Part shown: positions 13,810 to 25,487 of the stretch, in pieces | Layout of the letters: each line of letters begins with the position of its first letter | Numbering within the stretch: position 1 is the stretch's first letter | Assembly: GCA_050575255.1 (NCBI GenBank) | Contig: JBNZDD010013724.1 | Location: 7,485,658 to 7,549,657, forward strand | Origin: Harriotta raleighana | Lineage: Eukaryota | Direction: 5' to 3' | Length of the DNA: 64,000 nucleotides | Program-made: the position numbers and the translations under genes | Notes under the pieces: model-generated | Databases searched by the model: none | What the model saw: the letters and a program-made list of their open reading frames with translations, nothing else | Told to the model about the DNA's origin: nothing

Positions 13810-14135
13810 TCACCCAATGGCTCGCTTGGTCGTTAAATGTAGAGCTGAGTATACATACCAAAAAGCTCACAGATTTTGATCCTGGTTTTTGATGAAGTAG
13901 TTTGATCTGAGCTGAGGCAACATTTGCAGTAAAAGAATTAGCTTCAGTGTCCTGGGGCAAAAAATTTGGCCATGGTTTCCATTCTGGTCACTATCCAGTA
14001 ACTTCGGCTGCAATGTGCATGTGGTTGCATGTCACATGAAGATAGGATCTGGATTGGTAGGGAGGCCTTAAATAGCTCCATCAATCATCTGTTGACTCTC
14101 ATTGTCCAAGCTTGGGAGAGGTGCTGGAGGGTATA
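13810..14135 (+). mobile_element. Ancient tRNA SINE (AmnSINE2-like), decayed; related pieces at about 43330-43620 (+), 47330-47500 (-), 56380-56485 (-)
   Basis: Motifs tgatctgagctgaggc, cactatccagtaac, gataggatc, ttgggagaggtgctggaggg resemble the AmnSINE2 consensus as recalled. Confidence 0.5.
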
Positions 14136-14383
14136 CTTAAGCGAGGATTAAAAATTGTGCAGAGGGATAAAGATTTTTAAGAGTCCAGTGAACTCCTGTT
14201 AATAGTACAACAAATTTATTTAAAATTGTTTCTTAGATTCTTTTTTAAATGTTTCACTAAAGTTTTTTATGTATGTTGATTGCAGTCCCAGACTGTATCA
14301 TATAATTCTTCAGTTGAACGAAAGCTAACATGAAAGAGCATTAGTATGAAATATTATTATTCAGAAGGAAGAGATTAAGTAGT

Positions 14384-14750
14384 GTCCTGTAGCAGTCGCC
14401 TTGCAAGTGAGATACCTGGGTTCAATTCCCGGTTAGTTTTCTTATTCCACAAGCCTGATAATAATCCCTCAAAAAAGTTTTTAATAGGTTATTTCAATCC
14501 ACAACTGTTTGTGGTACACTGCTGTGCGCAATNTTTTCTTACTCCACAAGCCTGATAATAATCCCTCAAAAAAGTTTTCAATAGGTTATTTCAATCCACA
14601 ACTGTTTGTGGTACACTGCTGTGCGCAATTGACTGTCACATTTTGCCCCCAAAATATAGTCAATTCACTTTACAGTATATACTGTGAAGAACTTCGAGAC
14701 GTCTAGAAGATGTGTAAAGTGCTACATCAAAGGCAAGCATTATTATTAGT
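14384..14750 (+). mobile_element. Deu-type tRNA SINE (internal duplication at N14533)
   Basis: Head, body and tail motifs as in the other copies. Confidence 0.88.
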
Positions 14751-14774
14751 ATGATTATGCTACATGGAATTATA

Positions 14775-15140
14775 GCTGGCCTCACCTCTAAACCAGAAGG
14801 CTGTGATTCAATTCACATTGGGACTCTGAATTTACATTCTAAGATGATAGTGCTGAGGCAAAACTATATTGTTTGGAACTACCATTCTTCAGATGCGTCA
14901 TCAATCCAAGGTCTTGTTTGCCTATTTAGGTGGACACTAAAGTTCCAACGTCATAATTTGAAAAGAGAAGGACGTCCTCGCCAACAATCCTACAGATTAA
15001 ATTGGTCATTCACTTCATGGATGTTTGTGGGACATTACTGTTTGCAAATTGGCTCCCGCACCTGCTTACAAGATGCACAGTCAATCATGTGAAGCAATTT
15101 GAGATGTCCTCCTGAGGTGCTATAATAAATTACAAGCAGT
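14775..15140 (+). mobile_element. Old DeuSINE (SacSINE1/AmnSINE1-like) with full Deu domain; related copies at about 22790-23062 (-), 32570-32900 (-), 38110-38460 (+), 50760-51040 (-), 54515-54680 (+), 57850-58065 (-)
   Basis: ttcagatgcgtcatcaatccaaggtcttgtttgcctatttaggtggac...gaaaagagaagg resembles the Deu core (cggatgagacgttaaaccgaggccccgtctgcc..caggtggacgtaaaagatccc). Confidence 0.7.
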
Positions 15141-15379
15141 GTTTTTTTTATGTGTTTGTTCTAAGAAAGCACTGCACCACCATTTGCCTAATGTAGGTGA
15201 TTGACAGAGTCCCAATGTGAATTGAATCACAGCCTTCTGGCAAAATTTCACCCTAGGTTGGAGTCAGGCTCCACTAATGTCAAGCACTCTGAGATGCTAC
15301 TCTGCATGGAGGGCGTTATATAAGTGCAAGTTGTTGTTGTCCATAGAAGAAATTGTACAACTTCAGTAGTAATCGTACA

Positions 15380-16250
15380 AAAAACGACCCTGTGAATATA
15401 CCTGTTTTTCTTTATATTGGCACTTCTGGTTTGTAATTATGTTGTTGAATACACATGTGTAGTAGTGATGGATATAGCTTCATTTATTAGAATGTTACAA
15501 TATGGAAGAAATAATTGCTTCATGTTCTTTGTTTCCCAGGATCATATTCTGTTCCAAATGTACTTAATCTTCAGTGAATTGAATGCAATACCCTTCAAAT
15601 GACTAAATTGTGCGATGCTCAGTGGTACGTGAAACAAATAAAGATGTATTTGTTGTTGGCATGTAGGAGGAGAGAAAGAGCAATAACTATTATGAATATT
15701 TTCTGCAGAATCAAATAATAGGAGGTCTTTTGAAACAAATAATTTTTTGGTAAGCATTTTCTCTTCCATCTAGCCCAGTCCCAATTCCCTGCTCTTTACC
15801 CATATCTGCTAACACCTTTACTCTGCACATTATCCATCTAATGTTCTTTAAATAATGAAGAGTGGGGGTGTAGGTGGGGAACAGTATGAGATTATTTTCC
15901 AACTCTGAGGTCCACAAGTCTCCAAATTAATTATCAGAGAAAGTATTTCCCATGAAAAGATTTTTGGATATCATAAACACTTGCCTCATAAACACCTGCC
16001 ATAGCCTACAAGCGTAATGGAGAAATGTGGAGGACTGTCCACACCTAACTCATGATTTATTATTCACAACATAGCATGATCCTAATTTTGGATCGCAGGT
16101 GATGCTGCCATCATATAGATATAATAAGAAGGGCCAGAGGGTAAACACATGTCTCTCCTGTAAATTCTAGACCTTTCTGGTCATGCAATTGCTAGCGGCA
16201 TTCTCCTTCACAGAATCATCCCTATGGGATCATGATAATTTGCAAGAGTT
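15380..16250 (-). pseudogene. Two Ig V-like domain remnants
   Basis: LLQIIMIP*G*FCEGE ... VLHISPLRL*AMAGVYEASV (15960-16250); SAENIHNSYCSFSPPTCQQQIHLYLFHVP ... HHYYTCVF (15380-15770). Confidence 0.55.
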
Positions 16251-16724
16251 TCCCAAAGAGAACAAAGATTGAAGAGAAATTATTATTCCTCAAACCTTTT
16301 AGTGTAGATTTTTTTTAAAAATCCATCTTATCTCACTTTTGTAACCTGAAGCGTGAAATATCACATAGTCTGAGACTGTAAGTGTATTTCTATGTTTTTA
16401 TGATGAGGGTTGCATGCAGCAATTTGAATGATGCGAATTTAAAATGAGATTTTTGCATTATTTGAAAAAAAATCACTGCTTAGTGATTATGGTTGGGATT
16501 CTTCATGCCATCTTCATAGAAAAAACTTAAAGAATGCAGACACTACTCTATGCAAAATGTTGTGTGATCCGCAATTTCCTGCTGCTCCCAAATTATAAAG
16601 GACCTTGAGGTTTTCGGTGTCAATCCAAAACTAATGTTACTATAAAACCCAAATGTTATATAGCATCTTTCATTTTGAGAGGACCTTTCAAAGTGCTTTA
16701 GGCAACTTGTCGAAAGCAAGATAA

Positions 16725-16980
16725 AATGCCTTCCGTGCCTTCCGAGTCATGCCTTCAGCCACTACGCCCCGAGGCTCTGGAACTCCCTTCCTCACTGCCT
16801 TCGCCTCGCCCCCTCTCTTCCCAGTTTCAGGTCCCAGCTAAAGACCTTTCTCTTCGACCACGCCTTTGGTCACCTTTCTACCCCTGCCTCGGCTCGGTCC
16901 CGGGATCCGTTGTTGTGAAGCATTCTGAGATGCTGTCCAGCATGGAGGGTGCTATATAAAACAAAGTTGTTGTTGTTGTT
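16725..16980 (+). mobile_element. L2 LINE 3' end (second subfamily); another copy at 29088-29490 (-)
   Basis: gccttcagccactacgccccgaggctctggaactcc; tail gagatgctgtccagcatggagggtgctatat..(ttg)n. Confidence 0.8.
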
Positions 16981-17599
16981 AAAAGACATGGGGCTCAATG
17001 GTGTTGTTTGAAGATGGCAAGGGAGGGGAAAGGTGAAATGATTCCAAGATGCAATTCTGGAATGTTGGATAACTTGATCTATCACATAGACTGATCTGGG
17101 AGAGGACTTGGTTGGCAATCTAGATCAATGCGATCAGCCTTAAATGTTTGAAAAGCATCAGTGCCTTCATATCAAAGTGTTTATGAAGTCTCATTTCTGT
17201 GCCTGCTGAACACTGTGATGCAGTAACTTAAATCATTTTCTTCACATTATTGCGCCATGAAAACAGTATGGTGAAATGATGCAGATCGTTTTGTTCTGTT
17301 GATCTCCTGCCTAGGAAGACATTACTCCTGTAGCCATTTATTCTGACAAAATATGCAGTAATGTGGTTAGATGTGTTCCTACATTGTTGAAGTTTTTAGC
17401 AGGTTTGTTAACCTTAGTTTATGAGTGTAATGAATTCACATCTGTTCCAGGCATTTCACTGAGCAGTTATACTTTGTTTATACTTAATTTAACTGGCTAC
17501 TGGCTTTTCTAATAGTTGCTTCATTAAAATGGTAAGACTGAAACTGCTGAAAAACTAGAGCAACATATTTAAGTATCTAAAAGGGGGGCTGCAGGAATA

Positions 17600-17820
17600 A
17601 ATAACCATTTATTTGGCAAGCAGGCACTGAGATAATTTTAAATTTGTGCTCCTCTCTGCTGACTATTCTCAGAGTTTGTCTACCTTCAGCACTAAATGGA
17701 GTTTCGAACCTCTCATTCATCGGGAGCCAAGTCCTGTGAGCCTGTGTAAGTCTTATCGAACAACTTTTGTAATATCCAGATTCAGGGAAAAACAATAGAA
17801 TATTGCACTGCTGTGACAAT
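17600..17820 (-). pseudogene. Ig-like exon remnant
   Basis: Acceptor cttcacag|; SSAIFYCFSLNLDITKVV, then shifted NERFETPFSAEGRQTLRIVS. Confidence 0.5.
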
Positions 17821-17879
17821 CTGTGAAGCATGTTTGTTAAAATGTAAATGCGTAGGATATTATTGTGATATCATTGTAG

Positions 17880-18377
17880 GTGTTTGCAGAACTCTGTGGC
17901 CCATGTCCTCTCTACCGTTCCAAACTCCATGACCCCCATCTCCCCCAACCTTGCCCAACTCCATTGGCTCCTTATCATCCAGAGGATTGAATTCAAGATC
18001 CTGGTCCTCACATTTAAAGCCCTCCACAACCTCGTCCCACTCTATATCCGTGACCTCCTAGCCCCTTACCAACCTGTCCGCCCCCTCCACTCAGCAGGCT
18101 CTGGTCTGCTCCACATCCCCCAACCCACCCACTCCTCTGGCCCCAACCTCTGGAACTCCATGCCGCAGTCCCCTACACCTCGATCCCTCCCTGGCCTCTT
18201 TCAAGTCTCACCTCAAGGCTCTCCTCTTCGATGGACCCATCGGCAACTCCTAATCCTCCATTTCTCTCCCCCCATTCCCCCGTCCCCAGCTCGGTTCTGA
18301 AACAGTGACTATCCAGCACCTTGGAAAGTTCTCCTAATGTGAAAGCTGCTATATAAGTGTAATTTTGCTATTGTTGT
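17880..18377 (+). mobile_element. L2 LINE 3' fragment
   Basis: LQNSVAHVL, LHWLLIIQRIEFKILVLTFKALH. Confidence 0.92.
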
Positions 18378-18664
18378 TCAGAGCCAGATTCACTAAGTAG
18401 CGAGATGAAGGCTTCTATTCTGACCTCTTTCTGAACAAAAGTAGAAGTTGGGCAACTTGTGCAAAGGAATTTTTTTTCAGGTGCTCTACAGGTGATATAC
18501 AAGTGGAATTTTATTGTTGTTACATCTTAATTTCAATCATTGACCTTCTGTGCGATAACAATAATCCTTGCATTTGAGACACCTCAAAGCGCTTTCACCG
18601 GATATACTGTGAAGTGAATTGACTGTATTTTTTGTGGGTGAAACATGGAAGCCAATTGCATATA

Positions 18665-19200
18665 CAGTTAACCCTCGTCAATCGCGGGGGCTACATTCCT
18701 GGAAAACTGCGCACTCAACGAAATCACGTTAGAGAAACTTAAGAAGCAATGGGAAAAGGGGGGTTAGGCGAATCCAGTTGCATGCTCTCCACCTGAAACC
18801 TCCAGCACATCCGATGCAAGATACCTACTGAGACGGGCTACAGCTGGCTGGCCTGCTCCTCACTCTGCCCGCCTCTCCCCACTCTTGTTGCTCCCCCCCT
18901 CACACCCCCCACCACTCTTCCTGCTCTCATCTCTTCTACCACCCGGGAAGTGGACAAATCAAGACAGTCCGGGAGGGAGGCAGAGAGAAATCATGGAAAG
19001 CGACAGGCGGGTGGGGGGGGGGAGGGAACAGAGAACCATTCGGAGGCGGGGGGGGCGGTTCTCGCTGAGGTGCGGGCCAGTGAGCCGATCGGGGGAGCGA
19101 GAGACTCGCTGAGGTGCAGGCCAGTGAGCCGATTGGGGGCGCAGAGGGACTCACTGAGATGCGCGCCAGCGAGCCGATCTGAGATGAGGTGAGGTGAGGT
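18665..19200 (+). mobile_element. Tigger-like DNA transposon left end with GC-rich internal minisatellite
   Basis: TA|CAGTTAACCCTCGTCAATCGCGGGGGCTACATTCC resembles Tigger-type TIRs; no right TIR seen. Confidence 0.55.
19061..19179 (+). repeat. 44-45 bp GC-rich tandem repeat, about 2.7 copies
   Basis: CTCGCTGAGGTGCGGGCCAGTGAGCCGATC-like units start at 19061, 19105 and 19150. Confidence 0.85.
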
Positions 19201-20319
19201 GAACACTGCTGGTTCAATTGGCTGCCGCATTTCACCCACAAAATATAGAATCAATCCAGTTCAAAAGTATATTCTGTAATGCACTTTGAGACGTCAAGAA
19301 GACATGAAAAGTGCTGTAACAAATGTATGGATTATTATTGTATTCTTATTGTTTATGTGGTGCCCTTCAAAGGCAGTAGTGTCCAGGTCTGAGTGATTAT
19401 GGTAGAGAATTACAGTTTTAGGACAAAACTGCTGAATCCACAGTCATTATGGTGGAGTGGAGGGGTGAGGGTCATGGAGTTTTGGATTTGTTGTATTTTG
19501 TGGGAGTTCAAGCTGGGAGAATGGCAAGGATAGCATTGGAAAGATCAAAGTGGGAGGTAACGAAAGCATGAATTGTGTGGGAGGTAAGGTTGGAGGTGGG
19601 TGATTGATGGAGTTGGGGTAAAGTGGTTCTGGACAGGGAGCAGATGTTGGGAAGCAAGGATAGCTGGGGATCAATCCTAGGTTACACTTACATAACTGTC
19701 TTACATAATACGCCTTGTAAAATTTGTGAGTAAGAAGCCAAACTTACTGCAGTACTCAACATTGAACCCAAATCAACAGCTTGCCAAAAACATCTTTCAT
19801 TTCATCAATTCAAAATTAATATTGAAACCACATTGCTGCAGGGTATCCTTCACCCTATATGTGATTGCCAAGCAATGTGATTGATCACTGAGGTGATTCA
19901 TGCCGTTTTGGTGACAGGGATAACGCTGAGTGAAATTGTCCCAGTTTTACCTCAGAGCTGTTTGACACATTTCCAAAAAGAAATTGGCTTTCAGTCTTGG
20001 TTTGGCCAATGTCTGAGTGGCAGAAGCAGTCAACGTAAATTGTTTTAATTTGAACAAATGGAGCGGTGTAGTGAAGGAGAAGTTAACTTCCCAGAGAAGA
20101 TTTAAAGATTTTTCTTCAATTCAAATGTGCTATTGTATAGTTACTGTCGCGGATTGTGTCATTAATTAAAATTTTGTAACATTCCTCCTTTATTTTGTTC
20201 AATAATTAATTCGTCAGAGCTGTCAAAGGCAAGTGTCATTGTTTGCTTTATGTTTCTAGACCTTCTGCTTCTGCTCCTGAAGCTTCATACACTCAAATTT
20301 TAAATTGAGGGGATCCGTT

Positions 20320-20845
20320 CAGCTACCTCTACCCCATCCACCGCTATCTCCCCATCACCTCTCCCTCAGGATGCACCCCCCTCCCACTCCTCATCCGAAA
20401 AATGAAACCTACCACCTGCTCCCTCAATCCCATCCCTACCTCTCCCTTCATCTTCCAGTTCCACCTCCGAACCTCTCTCCTAACTGACATCATCAATCTC
20501 TCCATATCCAACAGCACTGTTCCCACTCTTCTAAACATAGCTGTCATCACACCCATCCTGAAAAAAGCTTTGCTGGATCCATCCCTACTCTCCAACTACT
20601 GCCCCATCTTCAACCTCCCATTCATCTTTAAGGCTGTGGAACAAGACCTTTCAGGGCCTTTGAAACCGTCGATCACTCCATCCTCCTACACAGCTTCTTC
20701 TCCCATCTCAATCTTCAAGGACCTTCCCTCGCCTGGTTTGACTCTTAACTTTCCCAGTCTCCACTTTGTCGCCACCAATGCCTTCTCTGCCAGCTCCCAC
20801 ATTGACACCTGTGGGTGTCTCCCAGGACTCTGTCCTTGGTCCCTT
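20320..20845 (+). mobile_element. L2 LINE internal ORF2 fragment
   Basis: KPTTCSLNPIPT..DIINLSIS..AVITPILKK..LDP..NYCPIFNLPF. Confidence 0.88.
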
Positions 20846-20892
20846 TTTAACATCTACAGATATGAAACAATGACTGTCCATTATTATTATTA

Positions 20893-21411
20893 TAGTAAAA
20901 GCCCGTTTATTCAGCACCCGCAGGACTTGGCCAATGCAGGTTAAACGGCTTGCTGGTTAAAACACTTGAATCCGATGCCGAAAACCCAACACAAAAAAAA
21001 TTAACCTATTTTAACACATACCATATTAATAATAGACTGAATAATAACATAATAACAGAATATTGTATGGGTACTTTATTGTAAATGTTGTACACTGTAT
21101 CATATAAATAATAGACTAAATACAGTAATAATAGATACTATAATAACAGAATATTGTATTGGTACTTTATTATTTATACTTAACTTGTGCAATGGTGGCC
21201 GCCACACAAGGAAAAAAAACGGCAGCGCGACTTTAAGGCTCTACTAGCGGCAAGCCGAAATACCTGCACAGTACTCTTGTGCGACAATCGATTCATTAAA
21301 TGCGCCACTGCTATTATGCTGGATAACATCCAGTTAATCGGAGGGTGATTTTTTTTTGACATACCGGTTATACGGAAATTGATCGAGTCACAGATAAACA
21401 GGTTTTTATTG
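20893..21411 (+). mobile_element. Tigger-like MITE, copy 1
   Basis: TA-flanked; ends TAGTAAAAGCCCGTTTAT / ATAAACAGGTTTTTATTG; homologous throughout to 30644-31288. Confidence 0.85.
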
Positions 21412-22239
21412 TATTATCTTGATAGTCCCTTACAATCAGCCACTTTACATAACTCAAAGAGAAAATCATCCCTTGATATCTTCAGCTCAACATTATACCT
21501 CTATGTGTTGCACTCATTTAACACCTTTGTGTGAAAGACATTTCATATTCCTCACTGGCCTTTCCCTTAATAGAGTACAGATTATCTTCATCACAAAAAA
21601 TAATTGAAAAGGTGGCAGTTCATGTAAAATACTTCTTGATAGTTTGGCGTCAGTACAATTCCCTGATCATCAGATAGCTATTCCACCATCGACATAAACA
21701 GAAAGGAGCAACAAGAATGGGAAGTTGTGGCTGTGTGAAACGACATTAATTTCAGCCTATTTAAGAAAGTTCTCGACATTAGTTTGAAATATTCTGTGCT
21801 TTGTCCTTTAGATAGACAATAACAATGAATGATGTACTATAAACAGAGAGGGAAAGGCTGAAGAGAATCATTGCATTCAATTCAGAGAAGTCAGCATCAT
21901 GTTAGAAAATATTGACAAATACAGTAGGGGCTGGCAGGCTCTCATATTGGTTCAATAGCCAAGCCATGCAGAATTTTTTGGGTAATATATGTGGAAACAC
22001 ATCACAATGCTGAAGAGTATCCTAACTAGACCTAGTTCCACTTAACACTTTGAAACATTCTGAGACCTGAAAAACATAGTATCAATTGCAATAATTATTA
22101 TGTCTGTCCCTGCATCAGTGATAAATAAACCTGAATACCCTTCTAGGTTTGATGGAGTGAACAGGGCTCAGCTCCACAGAAGGTTCAAGAAAACAGATGA
22201 ACAAGAAAAAATAGTCACAAACGGTTAAAAACAAAAATG

Positions 22240-22561
22240 GAAAGAGGCAAACAACACAACCTTTGAATATTACTGTGAAAATACAGGATTTCCATGCTCG
22301 AGAATTACTTTGAAAAAATATTCTGTGGAATCTCAGAATATGATTTGAATTGTGTTGCCTCTTTCAAGCCCTCAGTGATATCGGTCTCGCTCGAGAGAAA
22401 ATTAATTGACTTGAGTGATTGTGTTGTCATGACACCACTGACACAGGTTTAAGGCTTTTCAGCAAGATTTATCCAACAAAATGGAAAAAAATCCCATTAA
22501 TTGATTTCCTAGCTGACTACATAGACGGAAACACGAGAACAGAAATATCTCCAAAAGTACC
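22240..22561 (-). pseudogene. Ig V-like exon remnant
   Basis: DISVLVFPSM*SARK, then one frame reading QWCHDNTITQVN*FSLERDRYH*GLERGNTIQIIF*DSTEYFFKVILEHGNPVFSQ*YSKVVL. Confidence 0.55.
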
Positions 22562-23163
22562 CTATAATCTTAGCGATGTTTAAGAAGAATTCATCGTCAG
22601 GCAATTCAGTTCAGAACTATCGACAGACAAATATGTATAGTTTGAATTTCCCCAGTGAGTTTGTTGAATTTTTAAAGTAATTGTTGCACTTTATTCAGTG
22701 CATATAACTTCAAGAACATCTCAAACTAATTCAAAAGCTTTTCAAGTGAGTAACTGTGTACTTGTAGGTAACCGTGAATTCCAATTTGTATACAGTATTT
22801 TTCCACAAACAACCATGAAGTGAATGATCAATTTGATCTGGAGGATTGTTGGACGCTGGGAGAAACTTCCTTTTTTGAATACCACTATAGATATTTAACA
22901 TCTGCCTGAGTAGACATGCAGGGCCTTGGCTGAACAACTCATCTGAAGAACAGGATCTCTGACATTGCCGCACTCCCCCAAAACTGCAATGAAGTGATAG
23001 TGATCTCAAAATCCCCAAGTAAATCAGAGGAAAGAGTTTACCAACTGAGCCAGGCTGACACCTCTTGTCAAACCATCCATAATTTCCTCAATCCCATAGC
23101 CTTTTGGAAATTATAATGATTCAGGTTTTCAGTAAATCCTTTCAGACAAATGTTAGCAATACA

Positions 23164-23545
23164 AATAATAATAATAATCCTTGCATTTGATGTAGCGCCT
23201 TACCACATTGTTGAGACGCCTCAAAGCACTTCACAGAATATATTGTAAAGTAGTTTGACTGTGTATTTTGTATGCGAATCGTGGCAGCCAATTGCCCACA
23301 ACATTGTCCCACAGACAGTCGTGGATTAAGTGATTAAGTGATTAAGTGGATTTTTCTAACAACATTATTATCTCCAGAAAATGATCCACTAATCAATTAA
23401 CCACGGGGTTTCTACATAATGCTAAGTAAACAGAATCATGTGGAGTAAGGAAACTTGCATATGGCTTTGTGTTGCTCCTGGTCTCGAACGCAGGTCCTCT
23501 TCATGCAAAGCTCCCGCACTAACCATTACACTTGCAGGATTCCGT
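23164..23545 (-). mobile_element. Deu-type tRNA SINE
   Basis: (TAA)n tail, body, degenerate head. Confidence 0.8.
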
Positions 23546-23649
23546 TCTTCTTTTCGTTAAAATATGATTCATTTCATTATTCTTATCAGCCTTTCTTACA
23601 CAATCAATGTTGTTTGTCTTCGTGACTGAGCTCTTGGGATATAGAATGG

Positions 23650-24310
23650 AAAATGCTAATCTGTTCATCCTTTCATGATGTGTTTGGCTTAGCTATTGTG
23701 ACACTTCACATTTTAATTAGCTGGAGCCTTTCCACCTCAATTTGTAATCATGTAAATAAGTTTGTAGTGACAGATTTTCAATGGAAATGTACTTATCACA
23801 ATTTAGCTTGGAGCGGGCTGTTTGCATGTTATGAACTTGTGGTTGATGGAACAAACATCAAATGTCATTTGAACTATTGGCTGAAAATTCACTGGAACCC
23901 CAGCCTCACTGTGGCTAATTGCTTACATTTGCTGTGATAATCCAATTTTAGACTTCAATTACAAAGTGCTAATCTCTAAACACCCTATCCATTCTACACT
24001 TGGAGCGTTGCTTATCCCTCACAATATGCAACTGGAGTCTCGGCCATTGAGTAAATATCAGGTAAAAGTTGCCGAGGTAGAATTCCGATGACAGGCTGAG
24101 TTCTGCCTTTTGGCAAATGCAGAAAGTGGCCTTTCTGGGTTTATTCTGATTGAGTTATATGAGTATCCCCTGAATAAGGTTGAACATTTGGTTCCCCTCA
24201 TAATTGACCCCTGCAAAAATAATGAAAATAATCCTATTATCTTCACATTTAAATGTAGTGCATTTTGTGTTGGGAGGAATGTGAAATGGAAGTGCCCAGG
24301 GCTTCCATAA
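23650..24310 (-). pseudogene. Ig V- and C-like domain remnants
   Basis: HFHFTFLPTQNALHLNVK / DYFHYFCRG; NSTSATFT*; LRWKGSS*LKCEVSQ*LS (C1-like F strand). Confidence 0.45.
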
Positions 24311-25487
24311 ATAATAATAATAATTATAATTGCATTTGGTATAGCACTTTTCATGTCAGAGGCATGCATCAAAGCATGTCACAGGATTTACTGGGTAATG
24401 TAGTTACTGTGTATTTCGCAGGGAATGGATTCCAAAATGTGAGCACCCAGGGCTTTAAAAGCCTTGTATGGGCCATAGCTTTGCTTGAACATTTGGAGCA
24501 TTATTGAAGTAAGAGTTATTTTAATCTCCTTCCTTAAATAAGACATGGGATGTGTTTAGAAATGGTAACTTTTCGATCCCAATAAAATCATAATTGGCCA
24601 CTGGAGCTACAATGAATTAATTCCTTGATTTAGAATACTAGTACAGTGTCTTATCACTTCCCATGATTTTACTGTAAAGAGTGATGACTCTTATTTGTAT
24701 AGAAATGCTTAAGTGCATCATGGCAGAGTGTCCAGTTGAATTAAGGCCTAGGCCTCTTACAGACTGTGATCAAATCCTCCACTGGACTGTTAGGAATACA
24801 CCAATAGAAGGAACCATGTCTCAGTTTGCAAATGATAGCCACCTTAGAGAGATGAACAATGCAAAGGGACATAGACAAATTAAGGGAGTTCGCAAAACTG
24901 TAATATTATAAAGTATGAATTGGTGCACTCTGTCTGCTCACCTAGTTTAGTGGAAGTGTGTTTGAAATGGGAAGCAGTAGGAAGAGGAGATAAGCAGATG
25001 GATCTCGAAGTTCAAGTTCATTGATCTTTAATAATAATCCTTGCATTTAATATAGCGCTTTTCACGTATTCCAACATCTCAAAGTGCTTCACAGAGGAGG
25101 AAGACATGAATAAATTTAAATAAATGGAATTCTGGCCTTTATTACAAGAGATGTGAAATATAAATGTCAGCAACTCCTACAGGCAGTGTAGTTTAACAGG
25201 CGGTCCAAAGGCCACAGGCGGTCCAAAGGTCACATCCAGCCCGGTGGGTGATTTCTGAGGCCCAAGACTATTCCCAAGTTTGGGCTGCTTGTTGTCCCTC
25301 TCTCCAGTTCACCATGGCACTGTTGGATAGTCACAGATATTATGTATATCATGAATCTAGCCCCTTTGCTAATTGGGTCATTATGATATATTTGTTTCTC
25401 CTAATAGTCACTTGACAAAGGTTTCCCTGGTTGAGAACAAGCAAGGAGGGTTACATCCAATCCTAGAGTGTAACTTTCCTTTTAATT

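Noticed and set aside
19061-19179. CRISPR-like repeat-spacer pattern
   Set aside because: Eukaryotic context, only three units, inter-repeat segments similar to each other: a minisatellite.
25185-25270. Possible hAT fragment with a short 18-bp duplication
   Set aside because: Too short and degenerate to call; no clear TIR or TSD.
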